From assembly GCA_964016885.1 (NCBI GenBank), contig OZ024742.1, forward strand, positions 233,368,001-233,432,000: DNA of 64,000 nt, written 5' to 3'. Below the pieces are notes generated by a model. It was given only the letters and a program-made list of their open reading frames with translations, made no database searches and was not told the origin of the DNA. A program made the position numbers and the translations under genes. Positions 23,872 to 37,700 of the stretch are shown in pieces; the stretch's first letter is position 1; the number at the start of each line of letters is the position of its first letter. The DNA is from Eledone cirrhosa (Eukaryota).

Positions 23872-26800
23872 CTGAAACGGGAGGAAATGAAAAAACGGTA
23901 GTAACTAGAATTATTGATGTCATCATGTTTGTTTTTCAATACAAATCAGCAACCAGTTAGACAATGCAAACTTGGATATCCAGTTTGAAACATTGGTCGA
24001 TTTATATTAAGAGAAATATTTTTGTGAACAGTTCTAATAACTGATGTGGGACAACTGCATGTTTTAAATTTGGTTGAAACAATCATTTTTCGAGTAATTG
24101 TCACATTCGATAAAATTAAAACCCTACCTAGTTAATATGTCCTTGATAGAATGAATCAACAGAAATATTCACTGCTCAACATGCACGTGGCAAGCTATCA
24201 TACATAGAACCAATTCTATACATTTGCAGACAGGAAGAAAATGGCAGAAGTGCCGGATACCTTGCTTAAATATATATTGTTTGCACATTTTAGCCGTCTC
24301 ATATATTATGCAATACATGAATTAACCATGAAGACAAAAAGAATAATGAAATCAAATTATATTGGAAACTATACAGTTGCAACCAAAATGTGCCGTTTCT
24401 CTTAACAACAAAAGCTGCATGATTTGCTAAGAAAGTATAGTTGTATAATAAAGGTTGTTTGGAACGCAGCGATCGAAGTTTAGAATTGATAGAAGTCGCT
24501 GAAATATTTTGATTACATGATATAGTCTAATAACCATCTTTTCCGTTCCATTGTTAGACTATATTATATAGTCTATTATATAATTATAACTATATATTAT
24601 ATAATATATAGTCAAAATATTGCGGCTACTTCTATTGCTATATCAATACTAAAGTTGGCTAATACTTGTTCATTGCCAGGTACTAAAACACGATAATGGT
24701 TTTGTATTCAAATTTCCAAACCTCATTATTAAGTTTTGTTTTAAAAAAGTAAATTTATTTCTAAACGGCTGAGAGAAAACGACGGGTATGTTTTTTAAGG
24801 CCGTGAATATTATAATGGTAATTAATCACTAAGATAATCATTTTTCTTTCAGATTGGTGTGTCACTTTCTTTTTTCAAGTTAAAATATACTTAAGTTCAT
24901 CAAAATATATATTTGTATATACAGAAAACGAAATGCAGCATACAGGATAGCGGACTGATAATATACATAGTTTAATAATCATTTCTGTAATAAGTTCCAG
25001 CTGAGGCAGATAACTTTTTTACTGTACGCTCAACGAAACACAGTAGAATATCAATTCATACCCATGTACTATCTGGTGCCTAATCTGGTGTCTTCATCTT
25101 TACAAACAAATATACACGAATCCAGACATAAACGTATAAACGTACAAGCATACATATTTGTTTTTATTTATTCACGTATAACTGCTTTATTAAAGCTCTC
25201 TTGTTGTACACTTAAGCCTCATCCACATGAAAAATCAATGTCTCGAGACGTTGGGGTTGAATCAATCGATTATGTTACATTTCCCAAAAGAATCTTATTG
25301 AATATTCATTGTCGTTCTACTGAGTTGCATACGATTCTCTATCTCCTCGAACATCCTTATCGGGTTGTAGTTTTCACAAATTCCGTTTCCCTTCTCAGGT
25401 TTAACTAGCATGGTGTTGAGGGAATCTGATTTACTGGAAACTTTCTCACTTATATCACCAATGATCCTGAAAACCACGATGAAGGCGGTCTCGTCTTTCA
25501 TAAAGCCTCATATGAAAACCTACAAAAGCTATCTAAACTATGGCATCTACTGGTACGTTTAGGAGGTTTTTGTTTGGTCGTGCTACTGCAGATATTATCC
25601 AAGGTTTATTTTTTTCTAAAACTTCACCTTTCCCTTACACATACGTTTCATCCTCATCAAACTTCAATAGCTCTCAGCAATCATGTACACCTTTTGAGAA
25701 CGTAGACGTTTCAGGGGTCGAATCAGTCGATTGAGTCTTCATTGCCGTTTTACTGATTCTGTCATTTTACCGTCACCATTTTGTACAGTTATTTGCCAAT
25801 GTTGTCCTCCCTCGCTCTTTAACGGTCAATCTGTTTAGTCGTGCGTTAACATGTTGGAAAAGTTGTACAGTGGCAGAATCGGTAGAGCGTTAAAGCAAAC
25901 TGTTTCCTTTTAGCAGTATTTATAACATAGTATCCGCTTCTCTGTAACATACATTTGGTAGGCATTAATGCTGGAAAAAGAGAGAAAAAGACAACTTAAA
26001 GGCAGTGAATAAAATCTAAACGAAAAGTAGGGTATTTTCGAAACCTCTTGTATTTTCAAACTATCATAATCCAAGAATCTAATCTGTTTTTGGTCTGTTT
26101 CAATAAAATTCGACTAGCTCTGAATGTGTTCCCTTGTAATGAAGACACACTTATTAAAACAACTCTTTTCGTTTTGAGCAAAATTCTGTCACTCTAGAAT
26201 TAATATGTCTGCATGAAGCTTTGTAAAGCCGTATAAGATGTGAACAACAATAAAATATAACTAAGAAATCAAAAATATATAGAAACGAAAACTTAGTGAA
26301 GTATGAACATCTTTTCGTGGCATTTCAGATTTTTATAAAGAAGGAATCTGGTAGTTGTGGTATTTTTCGATTTTCGAGGCGTCAGGATTTTCGAACTTGC
26401 TTTGCAGAAAACTTAAAATTACATTAAGGCGCTACTAGTTTTGACTTTCTCTTCGTTTTATTTCTTCTTTTGTTTTGGTGCTAGTGTGTGATGTTTATGT
26501 CTTCCTCGAATTCACTAGTGATATAAATGAAGTGAATTGGCATAAGGCGAAAATCAAAATTAGTTGCGGGTTCGTTAAAATATTAAAACCCTAAAACAGC
26601 TTAGCAAGGGGAAGCAACTCTAAATTTGGCTACGCTAATTGCTTGCTTGTTAGATTGTAATTTTGACAATCTCTTACGATAGGGTAATAGAGATATATAT
26701 CACTATAACTATTACATAGGTTCACTTCTCTTGTTTAACCAGTTCTCGTTATATATACTATACAGTGAGTTTGTTATCACAAAGAGAAGCCTTTATGTTA

Positions 26801-27499
26801 ACTACTGTTTATAATAACATGGCAAGTTATACAAATAAGAGTATTGCAAACAACTAAATAAAAATATCGCTTTTCAGATTTTTATCAAAAAATTTGGCTT
26901 TTTTTACACTGGATTATTCAGAATAGCTGTCATCGTGGCTAATGCAGGAAACTAGTTATTTAACCACTCCTTAATAAATCTATAACGAAATAGTATGAGT
27001 AATTTTTAGAAAAGATTAGTAATTTTCTCTTTTTTGAATCTTACTTTATTTCTCTTGCTTTAATTTCTTCCGTCTACACATTTTTAAAAACCTTAACAAT
27101 CTCTATAACTTACATATAATTTGTATCCTATATTCTCTTTCTGCTATATTTGAAATTCATACTCTAAATTCGAATGTCTTCCTATAATCTCTTTCCTCAT
27201 GTATTTCACAAGTATGTTATCAAATGAATTGTTTTATTTATTATTTCTGTAAATGAATATCCCTTGTTGGTTCATCAATCATAGGATATTGTTACCTCCC
27301 AAATCGATTCTCGGCGAATGATGATAAAAAAACGTATTCATATATCTTCTATAAGACAACCCCAAAATATTTGTTAGAAGAGACGGTAAAAAAAAATCAA
27401 TTTTTATATTTCAAATATTTTCTGTGTTGTTAGAATTCATTTATCCACAGCGATACTGTTAGAACTTCAGCCTCACATCAATATTTTCTTATATATTAA

Positions 27500-27808
27500 A
27501 TAGCTGACCCATCTTCGCCCGGGTAAACAGATAAGAGAAGACAGGTAGAAGAGAAAATGACTGTATTGGATGTGTTGTTTGGTTTACAGTATGAAGCTCA
27601 GTAGAGGCAGCTCAGTAGAGGAAGGGATAAGAGGAATCTTGCGAATAAATTCATTTTCTCCTTGATGATTGCCTCCAAGAATAGTGACCCCTAGGAGATG
27701 GTTCATCATCCTCCTGGCTGTAAAGTGTGTGCCATTGCATAGAAGTAGCGGGTTCACGTTTCTCAAAAGGATGATGGAAGTTCCAATATTCTATATTATA
27801 TGTAGATA
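27500..27808 (-). mobile_element. Internally deleted Helitron with PIF1-helicase remnant
   Basis: Minus translation IILLRNVNPLLLCNGT...ILGG..QGE..FIRKIPLIPS..LP matches the Helitron helicase LRN.....LCNGT motif; 5' TCTACATATAAT; degenerate 3' hairpin CCCGGGCGAAGATGGG then CAGCTA. Confidence 0.8.
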
Positions 27809-28308
27809 TATAGATAATTAATATAGATATAGATAATTGATATATATGTGTGCATATGTATGTGCACGCATGTGCATATATGTGTGTATGTGTGTGTGTG
27901 TGTAAACCAGTGTTCGAATCGGAGACGCTGGCCGCGAAACATGATCACTGACAACTAACTTTCAGAGAATCCCTTATGGTTGATTCCCAGCCTGCTAGAA
28001 ATAGCAGTCAGTTTGGTTAGCATACCTGAGATGTTTTTCTTCTTTGATGTTATAAAATTAGAAAATGAAAATATGTTGATACTATTACCTTGTATTGATT
28101 TGAATTGGTTGAGCCGTTTGGGAATGCATAAGTAAAAATGAAACAGACAGATAGAAAGACAGAAGGACAAAGAATTCTATGTAGTGAGATATAGACAGAC
28201 ATTACAAGAAATATTTTCTAAAAGTTATGCCAAGTGTATTCTCGTCTAAAGAAAAAATTCAAAAGTTTCTCATGTAAATTCTTGACATTATTTCTTCCAG
28301 TTAGGGAA

Positions 28309-28680
28309 TTGGCAGTTTCGATAGAGGGTCAGACGCCATGCTTTCCAGCATAGTTACGCCCCTTTACGGTCTGAGTTCAAATCCTGTCGAGGTTAACTTT
28401 GCCTTTCATCCTTACCAGGTCGATAAAATAAAGTACCAGTAATGAACTGGGTAATTGCTTGCCTTGTGACAAAAGTAGAAACAAATATTTCTTCCAGTTA
28501 GGGCAGATGATTGGCAATATGCTTTGTGGCATATAGTTACATCCCTTCACGTACTGAGTTCAAATTCTGCTGAGGTTAGCTTTGCCTTTCATCCTTACGG
28601 TATCGAAAAAATATAGTGCTAGTAATCCACTGGGGTCGAATTAATCGACTTTCCTCTCCCCTAAATCAGAAACTATTATT
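28309..28680 (+). mobile_element. Two tandem SINE copies
   Basis: Core at ~28370-28440 and ~28555-28620. Confidence 0.88.
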
Positions 28681-30090
28681 TAATTCAGTTACTTATGATA
28701 TTTCCATACTAAACTGGTTCTATACAGGCCAATAACTCACCCTTCACTAAGTTCGGGCCTTTTGTCTTCAGTAAGAATAGATTAGAAGTTTACCTTTATG
28801 AAATGTTTAAATGGTCAATGTATAACTTAGTTCATAATGGAGCCATACTTCACAAAATTAAAATAAAACTTGACAATTCAACCCTTTTCATACCAAACCA
28901 TTCCAAAACTGGTTCTGACTCTCTAAAAAAAAAAACACCCAATTTAAAGAGCTCCTAGTTAAATTAAAATCTCCCAACATAATTATAAAATTGTTAAAAG
29001 TAATACAATGATAATGATATGATTAATAATTTGTTAAAAATAATACCATAATAATGATATGATTAAAAATGTTATCAAATTTATCTAAAATCTTCATTCA
29101 TTAATTGGAATGCAGTGTATTTCATTTGAAACATGGAAATGAAATGGTTAAAGTAACGATACTGTAATAGAAAACAACTGCTTGCTATATAACCTAGCTT
29201 TGTTGGAGTAAACTACGTGTACACAGAAGTGTGTCCATGCGTGAAGCAGGAGTAGTGCCGCCCCACTACCAAGTATATTCTTTAAAACAATGTTTTAACT
29301 CATTAGTTCTTTACTGCGATAAAATCCGATATTTTCTTAACCTTGGAAGAACTTTCAAGATTCATTACTTTAATCGATCATCTTCTCATTGCTTTGAATT
29401 GTCTGCTCAGTTTCTTGTGAGGCGTTGATGGCCACTGGCACCTGGAGAACCATAACAGACCATGACCATGACGACATAATCTGACCCGGGACAATAACGT
29501 CACACAACCCCAGGTATATGAATATATCATGCACAATGAAATTATTATTGAAACGTGAAATTACAGAATGCAATTATGCATATTATAGTAATTAAATATT
29601 TCATCTAATATATGAAAAAATAATTAGTTTGTGTTTACGCAACTCGTTTGTTGATACAATTTATTACATATATTTGTGACGTGCTGATGCTGCCATTTGT
29701 AGCACAAACGAGTATATAATTGTTTCATTAACATCTGGCACAACACAGTCATTTTATAAAACATCTGCGTAGTATTTACGACCGCCTCGTGGTCGGCTAT
29801 AATCCATTATAAATTACAAAGGCAAGTTTAAGTTTTTTCGTTTTATTATCACGCCTATTGTTAAGCCTAGAAAACTATCATAGATTGCTCTATTTTCTTC
29901 AGATAAGGAATACTTTAGGAGCGAACAGTAATAAGAAAGTATTTGGGTGGGACAAAATGAAAACGAAAGAAATTGCAAATAGAGAAAATGAATCGTTAAA
30001 ATATCAGGAACTGAACGCTTATTTTTTATTCGACAAACATACAACATTCACAATTTAAGAGACAGAACTCTCTGAAGACTTGCTACCTAC

Positions 30091-30212
30091 CTTTACCCAA
30101 GAAAGTGGAGGTGGTATGCGAGCCTTTAGAACTGTTCTCGTTGTTGAACACAGTTGGTGGAAGTGGAACTCTCAGAAGACGTGAACACTTCAACAGACTA
30201 TTGCCGAGACGA
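30091..30212 (-). CDS. Possible internal exon (RLGNSLLKCSRLLRVPLPPTVFNNENSSKGSHTTSTFLGK)
   Basis: Acceptor TTTTACTATGTCATTTCAG, donor AAG|GTAGGT, one open frame, locally higher GC. Confidence 0.3.
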
Positions 30213-30744
30213 CTGAAATGACATAGTAAAACTGTATGAGATCATCGACATATGGCATGCCCAACTAATCTACATCTTTATTGTGAAAGACCCATAACAC
30301 TTTAGCTTTTTCTGCTTGTCTTAAGTTAAGTCATTTTCAGCCAGATCTTAAAAAATTATTTCCACAGTTCTATAGTGTAGCTTGACAAAAAAACAATTTA
30401 TAATTGGTTTTGAAATGAATAGGCACCTGGCTGGTTTACTTATCTTTTTTGTCGTCGTCGTCGTCGTCATCGTTGTTGTTGTTTTTTGCGAATCGTTCAG
30501 TTAATTGGAGTGATCCTGCAAGACTTTTGTTAGAGGTACACAGAAAATTGAAAAGACAAAACAGAGTGAAAAAAAAAAAGCAAAGGAATATCTTTTTCTA
30601 ACTAAATGTAGTTTCTTCAATGACAGAATTCTCTTGATTACCCCTGTAGCACCAGAAAGGAAGACAGGAATAGGATGGCTTTAACCTGTATTCTGGAAGC
30701 GGTTCTCAATATTGTACTAAGACAATCTTAATGGAAAACTCTGA

Positions 30745-30852
30745 AAGAAGAAGAAGAAGAAGAAGAAGAAGAAGAAGAAGAAGAAGAAGAAGAAGAAGAA
30801 GAAGAAGAAGAAGAAGAAGAAGAAGAAGAAGAAGAAGAAGAAGAAGAAGAAG

Positions 30853-30883
<31 letters not shown>
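30745..30883. repeat. (GAA)n microsatellite
   Basis: Direct reading. Confidence 0.97.
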
Positions 30884-30889
30884 CTCTCT

Positions 30890-31400
30890 CTCCAGGGAAC
30901 ATAGCAAAATCCTAATTAACACAGGAACAAACTAAAAAAACAAAGTAGAACTGTACACCGAGAAAGATGTAGATGTGTATTGAAACGAGTATGAACTACG
31001 ATAAAATCCTGACATGGTGTACCGACAAGTATATAATATCTCATCTTGAAGGTTACTGCCAAACATTCCAGAACCACAAAACCACACAGCTTCAGCTTAC
31101 AAAAAATGTTGGCTCTGCAACGAAAAAAATTGAAAACATTAGCCACATCATTGCCAACTATGGGAGGATATCTTGTAGATATTACATACTTATACGGCTT
31201 GATCAGATAGAACACCATGGAACAGAATAAATAAGAAAGAAAGAACAACAAATAAAGACGAAGGTTCAAACGAATATTGGTAGATATTTAATATAACAAC
31301 AGCAACCACATCAAACAACAAAACTGATACAATGTGATTAAAAAAATACAGGGTAAAAAAGCTATATATTGACCATTGAAGAGAAGTTTGCAAATCCAGC
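30890..31400 (+). mobile_element. Decayed R4/Dong-family fragment related to 14700-15250
   Basis: LTWCTDKYIISHLEGY versus LAWSSDKFMTSHLEGY; KKIENISHIIA..GRISCRYY versus KTKIEDVSHIVASCERMSSRYY. Confidence 0.8.
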
Positions 31401-31599
31401 TTTATCTATATATTACTAAAAGTCTGTGATTGCTTGCTTGCTTGTCTGTAATGTAATACAGCCAAAAGTGCGCATAATGGGAAAATACTTTGAAAGGAAG
31501 TTGCCCCTGAAATGGGAATACAAATGAAATAAAACAAGTTTCGCGTAAATCTAAGCACCGGGAATGATAGAGAGAAAGAGGTAGTAGTTGTGAGAGAGT

Positions 31600-31615
31600 A
31601 GTTTGAAAGAGAGAC

Positions 31616-31675
<60 letters not shown>

Positions 31676-31801
31676 GGTGGTGTTGTTGTGTGTATGTATA
31701 TATATAAATGTGAGTGTGTGTGTATATATATGTGTGTGTGTGTATATATATATATGTGTGTGAGTGTGTCTATGACTAGTGTATATAGATCACAGACACC
31801 C

Positions 31802-31880
<79 letters not shown>

Positions 31881-31925
31881 AACACACACATTTATATATA
31901 TATATACATACACACGTATATATAG
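31600..31925. repeat. (GA)n/(TG)n/(CA)n/(TA)n compound microsatellite
   Basis: Direct reading. Confidence 0.95.
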
Positions 31926-33369
31926 GGGCCTTCCAGTTTCATTTCACATTATAAACATGTCTGTGTATATTTTAATTATTCAAAAATTATTTTTAAGTGA
32001 ACATGATTTAAAAAAAATATTTTGAAGCGAATGTGGCCCCGGCTGGTCTAGTATCAATTATTATTGGAGCGACATGATCTATACCAACCTGCCTGGATAC
32101 AAATATGGCTGAACTTGGGTTGGGAAAAGCGTTGTTCCATAAGCTACAGACAATCACACTATCTAGGGCAATACAAATCTGGAACATCTATATAAAATTT
32201 AAAGGATGAATGATTTCACGAATGAGAACAAAAATAACTTTTTTTCTTTTGATATATTTATCAACCTTGCTACTTAGACGATCATAATAAACTTTAGACG
32301 GTATTACTGAAAACCTGTATATAGTTTTAACCCGTAGCATATAAGGCACATGTTAATTACTTTCATATTTCTATTATCAGTATGCATGTCGTATACGTTT
32401 GCCTTTAGTTACAACTGTTGTTCTTACTCAGTTGTTGCTATTTAACCCTAGGTCATCCTTTATCTAGCAAACCTATGATCAAAAACAGTCTAGTCCATTT
32501 TCTTGTCCATGATGACCTTCAATTTATTTTTAAAGACGACAGTGGATTCTAGGGAAATTTTGCTCAGTTTCTAGCAAGTAGGATAATAACCTCGATGCTC
32601 CTTTGTTGGCTCGAGAAGAATAAAGGTGTGTAAAGAACAAAAGTGCATTCTCTGTAACCTTTCAAATCACACTAGTGTATTAGTTTCACGGTTAAGTGCT
32701 TTGAATCAAAAGAATACAAATATATGTTACTAATGCTTTTATTTTCAAACGTATATTACCTTTTATGAAATAATTATTTCACAAAGTAAATAAAGATAGT
32801 CAACTCCATACACAACATTGATCACTTTCAATGAAAGCGTGAATGCTACAAACAAGATGCGAACAAATATTATTTGAGGAGAACTAGTATTACAAGATCT
32901 AAAGGCTAATTATTCATGTGCCGCAATCATGTATTCTAATCTGTTATAAAAGGTTACAAAACCTTATTGCTGTCGAAGATTAATAAACCTAAAAGAACTT
33001 GTAGTACTAGTTTCTACTCAAGCAACATTTGTTCTCGTTTTGTTTATAACTTTCACGGCTTACATTGAATGCGATCAATGTGATGTATGGCGTTGATTAT
33101 TAACATTTGTTTTTAAAATAATAATAGATGACATTAATATATTCATATGATTTGTTTTCATGCTATATGGGGAGACGTATTCTTATCTACTCATGATAAA
33201 CTCACATGTATTATACTTACGCTTTGCAAATTTAGTAAATGCGTATACACCTGTTTTTAATTCAGACAACAGGTTCGTTAGAGCGTTGGATACTTGGTCC
33301 AGGTCTCCGCGTTACGTGTTCAAATCCACTTTGCTGTTCATCCTTTCTGGGTCGATAAAGAAAGTACTG

Positions 33370-33602
33370 TCTCAGTGCTGACGAAGTCTTCTTTTCTTTT
33401 CAACTGTCATATCCTGGATGTTCCACTGAATCTCAGGAAGGTATCTGTGTCTACTCGTGACTGAAAGCCTTAGCGAAAGCATGACACATCTACACACCTG
33501 AAAGCCTAAGCGAAAGCATGACACATCTACACACCTGAAAGCCTTAGCGAAAGCATGACGCATACTACTAAGTCATACTCGATTGCGAATGACGGTTGTA
33601 GC
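33370..33602 (+). mobile_element. Short interspersed repeat related to 4700-4895, with internal ~37-bp tandem repeat
   Basis: CTGAAAGCCTTAGCGAAAGCATGACACATCTACACAC occurs ~2.6x at 33461-33563; shared tail motif. Confidence 0.65.
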
Positions 33603-34269
33603 TTTTTCATATTTCGTAGTTGATTTATATTTAACACTTGGCTCCTGCGTATTTGATTTATATTTAACCATTCTGATCGCAAACCTCCTGACCCCCCCCC
33701 CCCCCCCACGGTTCTATGATGCAAAACTATTTGTTTTAGAGTTATAATTATCTTGAACACTTTCCAATCAATTCTTATGTAAAGTCATGCTCCAAACGCC
33801 ATCTTAATAATGAGAAAGTTAGTTACTTTACTAAATATTTCAAAACTTTATAGTATTCTCAAAATAACTTTAAAACCATTGGCAGTCTATCTTTTATGAG
33901 AAATATTGTGATGAAAGGGTTAAATGAGTTGCAGTTAAATAGGAAATGTTAGAAAATGTTAGAAAATGTAAAAGAGTCTGTAACGTTTGTGTTAGCGCCA
34001 TATTCTCCTCGCTTATGTTTTCACTCAACCTACAATAAGTTCCAAGTGAACATATCCTGCATCAAACCCATCTAATTATCTCAATGGTGCTAATATGGGA
34101 TACGCTGATGCATATTAGCTACTGCAACTTTATCCAGAACAAATTATGTGTGCGCGCGTATGGGCGTGTGTATGTGTGTGTGTGGTTATTTGTATGTATG
34201 TATGTGCGTATATATATATGTGTGCATGTGTGTATGTATGTATGCGAGTGAGTATGTATGTATGCACGA

Positions 34270-34566
34270 GGACATGAAAAAACATGGTTTCAAGATTTTA
34301 CTGAGGCAGTTAGTAACGTATCCAAGAGCCCCAATGATCAGAGGTATAGTCAGGGTGGAGTATCTGTAGATTCCTCATTAGTTCAGCATAAATGTTCTAT
34401 TTTTTATAGATCTTTAGTATTGTATTGATATCTGCTGGGCAGCTAACTTCCACTAATGTGCATGCTTGCTATCTTTTCTCTGTCCCATATCACTATCTCT
34501 GGGTTGTTGTGTTTGCATTTTATTGGAATTTTGACTGGAACATTCCACCAGTGCTCTTTCATATTA
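34270..34566 (-). mobile_element. R4/Dong RLE-domain fragment between (ATGT)n tracts
   Basis: KEHWWNVPVK..KCKHNNPEIVIWD..VEVSCP.D.N..IY..LMRNLQI..IIGALGY, homologous to the C-terminus of the 12788 ORF. Confidence 0.82.
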
Positions 34567-34610
34567 TGTATGTGCATGTATGTATGTATGAATGTATGTA
34601 TGTATGTATG

Positions 34611-35107
34611 GGTGACTTTGGACATCCTGCAGGACTAAAAACAAAACCTGTCAAAGGGTAAAGGAGCTCTTAAGAGTCAATGGCCATCCAAAATCACCAG
34701 GAGAGATGACCCCTTAGCCTTTGTCAAGGCAGAATTCTAGGAGAAGGAAAACTCTGATGTAACACCTGCAACCCTGATGGTATCCAACGATGTTGACTTG
34801 TTCTTCTTTTTGGTAAATATCATCTTGGTTAAGAGAGTGGGACTGGCTTTGTGCAGTGCCTTGGCTCACTATAAAAGCTTCACGGCACAGGCATTGCTTT
34901 ATATCTGGAGATCTCTCTGCACTTGTCGTCACATGGTACCATGTGCCAGCACTATGTGTCAATAATTGTCACAAGTGTAGTGTTTGTACCAGAGTTTTCA
35001 AGTCGCTGGCTGGACTAAAAAGTCACACTTGTTCAGCGCATCGGTAGGGGTTCTCCTACATGGATATAAAGTAGTGGCCGTACTCGAAAACGAGTTGGCA
35101 GCCACCA
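34611..35107 (+). mobile_element. RTE-related non-autonomous retroelement (5'-truncated) with (ATGT)n tail
   Basis: RTE 5'-UTR-type motif GCCTTTGTCAAGGCAG..CTAGGAGAAGGAAAACTCTGA; remnant CSVCTRVFKSLAGLKSH..H; tail GGCCGTACTCGAAAACGAGTTGGCAGCCACC(ATGT)n. Confidence 0.88.
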
Positions 35108-35193
35108 TGTATGTATGTATGTATGTATGTATGTATGTATGTATGTATGTATGTATGTATGTATGTATGTATGTATGCATGCATGCATGTATA

Positions 35194-35668
35194 TCAGGTC
35201 GCTCTTCAGCGCTACTGGTAACATGTAATCCACTACAACCCGCGCATGGTCGGGTCGTTAGCGATTAAACTGGAAACCTCATCAAGCTTGCTTGGTGTGG
35301 AGGGTGATTCTGGACACCCTGTGGGATGAAAAGCAAAGGGTAGAGGAACTCAGGAGAGTCAACGGCCATCCAATAAAGGATTTTTTAGGGACGTGGTGGA
35401 GTGAGAGACCCTAGTCTTCATTAAGACTTCTCTTTAGGAGAAGGTCACTCTGATATAAAACCTGCGACTTCGTTTGCATCCAATGATGTGGACCAGTTCT
35501 ACTTTTGGGGTAAATGTATTCAATATTGCGAGAGTGAGATCGGCCCCGTGCAAAGCCTTTCCTCACTTAAAAGAGCTTCATACACAGGCATCGCTTGATG
35601 TATGACATTTTTGCGATGCATGGCATTGCTGGCCATAGGCAAGTCCCTAGCTGGACTAAAAAGCCTCA
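35194..35668 (+). mobile_element. Older copy of the same non-autonomous family with complete head
   Basis: GCTACTGGTAACATGTAA..GCATGGTCGGGTCG..TAAAC head; TAGGAGAAGGTCACTCTGA; CTGGACTAAAAAG. Confidence 0.82.
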
Positions 35669-35950
35669 CAGAGAGAGAGAGAGAGAGAGTCGGTTTCTAA
35701 AATAGATACAAGACTCTCTCATTGGAATTTACACATCAACTAGGTAGATATGTCTGCATGTCTGCATGCATGTGTAGATATGGATGTTATTGTAAGTGTG
35801 GGTGTGTATGTTTTGAGTTGTATGTGTGCATGTGCATATGCTTGGTATTGATACAAGTGTATATGCAGTTATTAGATGCAGAATGTTTGGAATGTTTTAC
35901 ATATTTTTACTGTTCCATTAATGGATTGTACTTGTAATTTCCTAACTAAG

Positions 35951-37180
35951 TATGTATGTATGTACGTATGCATGTATGTATGTATGCATGTATGTATGTA
36001 TGTATGTATGTATGTATGTATGTACGTATGCATGTATGTATGTATGTATGTATGTATGTATGTATGTATGTATGTATGTATGCATGTATGTATGTATGTA
36101 TGTATGTATGTATGTATGTACGTATGCATGTATGTATGTATGTATGTATGTATGTATGTATGTATGTATGTATGTATGTATGTATGTATGTACGTATGCA
36201 TGTATGTATGTATGTATGTATGTATGTATGTATGTATGTATGTATGTATGTACGTATGCATGTATGTATGTATGTATGTGTGTATGTATGTATGTATGTA
36301 TGTATGTATGTATGTATGTATGTACGTATGCATGTATGTATGTATGTATGTATGTATGTATGTATGTATGTACGTACGTACGTATGTATGTATGTATGTA
36401 TGTATGTATGTATGTATGTATGTATGTATGTATGTATGTATGTATGTATGTACGTATGTATGTATGTATGTATGTATGTATGTATGTACGTATGCATGTA
36501 TGTATGTATGTATGTGTGTATGTATGTATGTATGTATGTATGTATGTATGTATGTATGTATGTATACATGTATGCATGTATGTATGTTTGTATGAAATGT
36601 ATGTATGTATGTATGTATGTATGTATGTACGTATGTATGTATGTATGTATGTATGTATGTATGTATGTATGTATGTACGTATGCACGTATGTATGTATGT
36701 ATGTATGTATGTATGTATGTATGTATGTATGTATGTACGTATGCATGTATGTGTGTATGTATGTGTGTATGTATGTATTTATGTATGTATGTATGTATGT
36801 ATGTATACATGTATGCATGTATGTATGTTTGTATGTATGTATGTATGTATGTATGTACGTATGTATGTATGTATGTATGTATGTATGTATGTATGTATGT
36901 ATGCATGCATGCATGTATGTATGTATGTATGTATGTATGTATGTATGTATGTATGTATGTATGTATGTTTGTATGAAATGTATGTATGTATGTATGTATG
37001 TATGCATGCATGCATGCATGTATGTATGTATGTATGTATGTATGTATGTATGTATGTATGTATGTATGCATGCATGTATGTATGTATGTATGTATGTATG
37101 TATGTATGTATTAATGTATGTATGCATGTATGTATGTATGTATGTATGTATTAATGTATGTATGTATGTTTGTATGAAAT
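35951..37180. repeat. ~1.2-kb (TATG)n array with TACG/CATG variants
   Basis: Direct reading; source of the MYVC/HTYI ORFs. Confidence 0.98.
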
Positions 37181-37499
37181 GTATTGCGTACCGACATTTT
37201 TATCCATTTGGCCACATCTGAGCCACTTCAGAAATAGTAGCAGCCATACGATCGGAAATAACAACAAAAGGAAAGTACAAGACTATAACTAGAAACTGAA
37301 CAGTAAAATTAGAAACTTTTGCATAAGGCGTCTTTACATATTTTACTTTTCAATGTATTTCTTTCGAATGTATTGGGCCATATAGCTGTTGCTGATCATA
37401 GGCTGTCCAGTCATGGTGTTTATGTATCTTTTTAGAGATATATCTAGAACTACATATCTAATGTGTCATTACCTCATCCCCTTTTTAATATGTTAAGAT

Positions 37500-37700
37500 G
37501 TAATTGGTAGAATGTCAGATAAAATACTCTAGTGGTATTTGCTCCCGTTGTTTACATTCGGAATTCAAATTCCGCCTAGGTCAACTTTGCCTTTCATTCT
37601 ACGTGGGTCGATAAAATAAAGTACCAGTCAATTACTGGGGCTGATATAATCAACTTTGCCCCTCCCCTAATATGCTGGCTTTCCACCTAAATTAAAAATG
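37500..37700 (+). mobile_element. Diverged SINE copy
   Basis: TTCAAATTCCGCCTAGGTCAACTTTGCCTTTCATT..GGGTCGATAAAATAAAGTACCAGT. Confidence 0.8.

Noticed and set aside
29370-29573. Exon in the GC-richer patch near 29.4 kb
   Set aside because: No combination of splice sites gave a convincing open, phase-compatible exon on either strand.
35872-37221. ~400-aa HTYI/MYVC ORFs (also CV/HT/IY, poly-R/K/L/F/S and KERK ORFs elsewhere)
   Set aside because: Translations of simple repeats.
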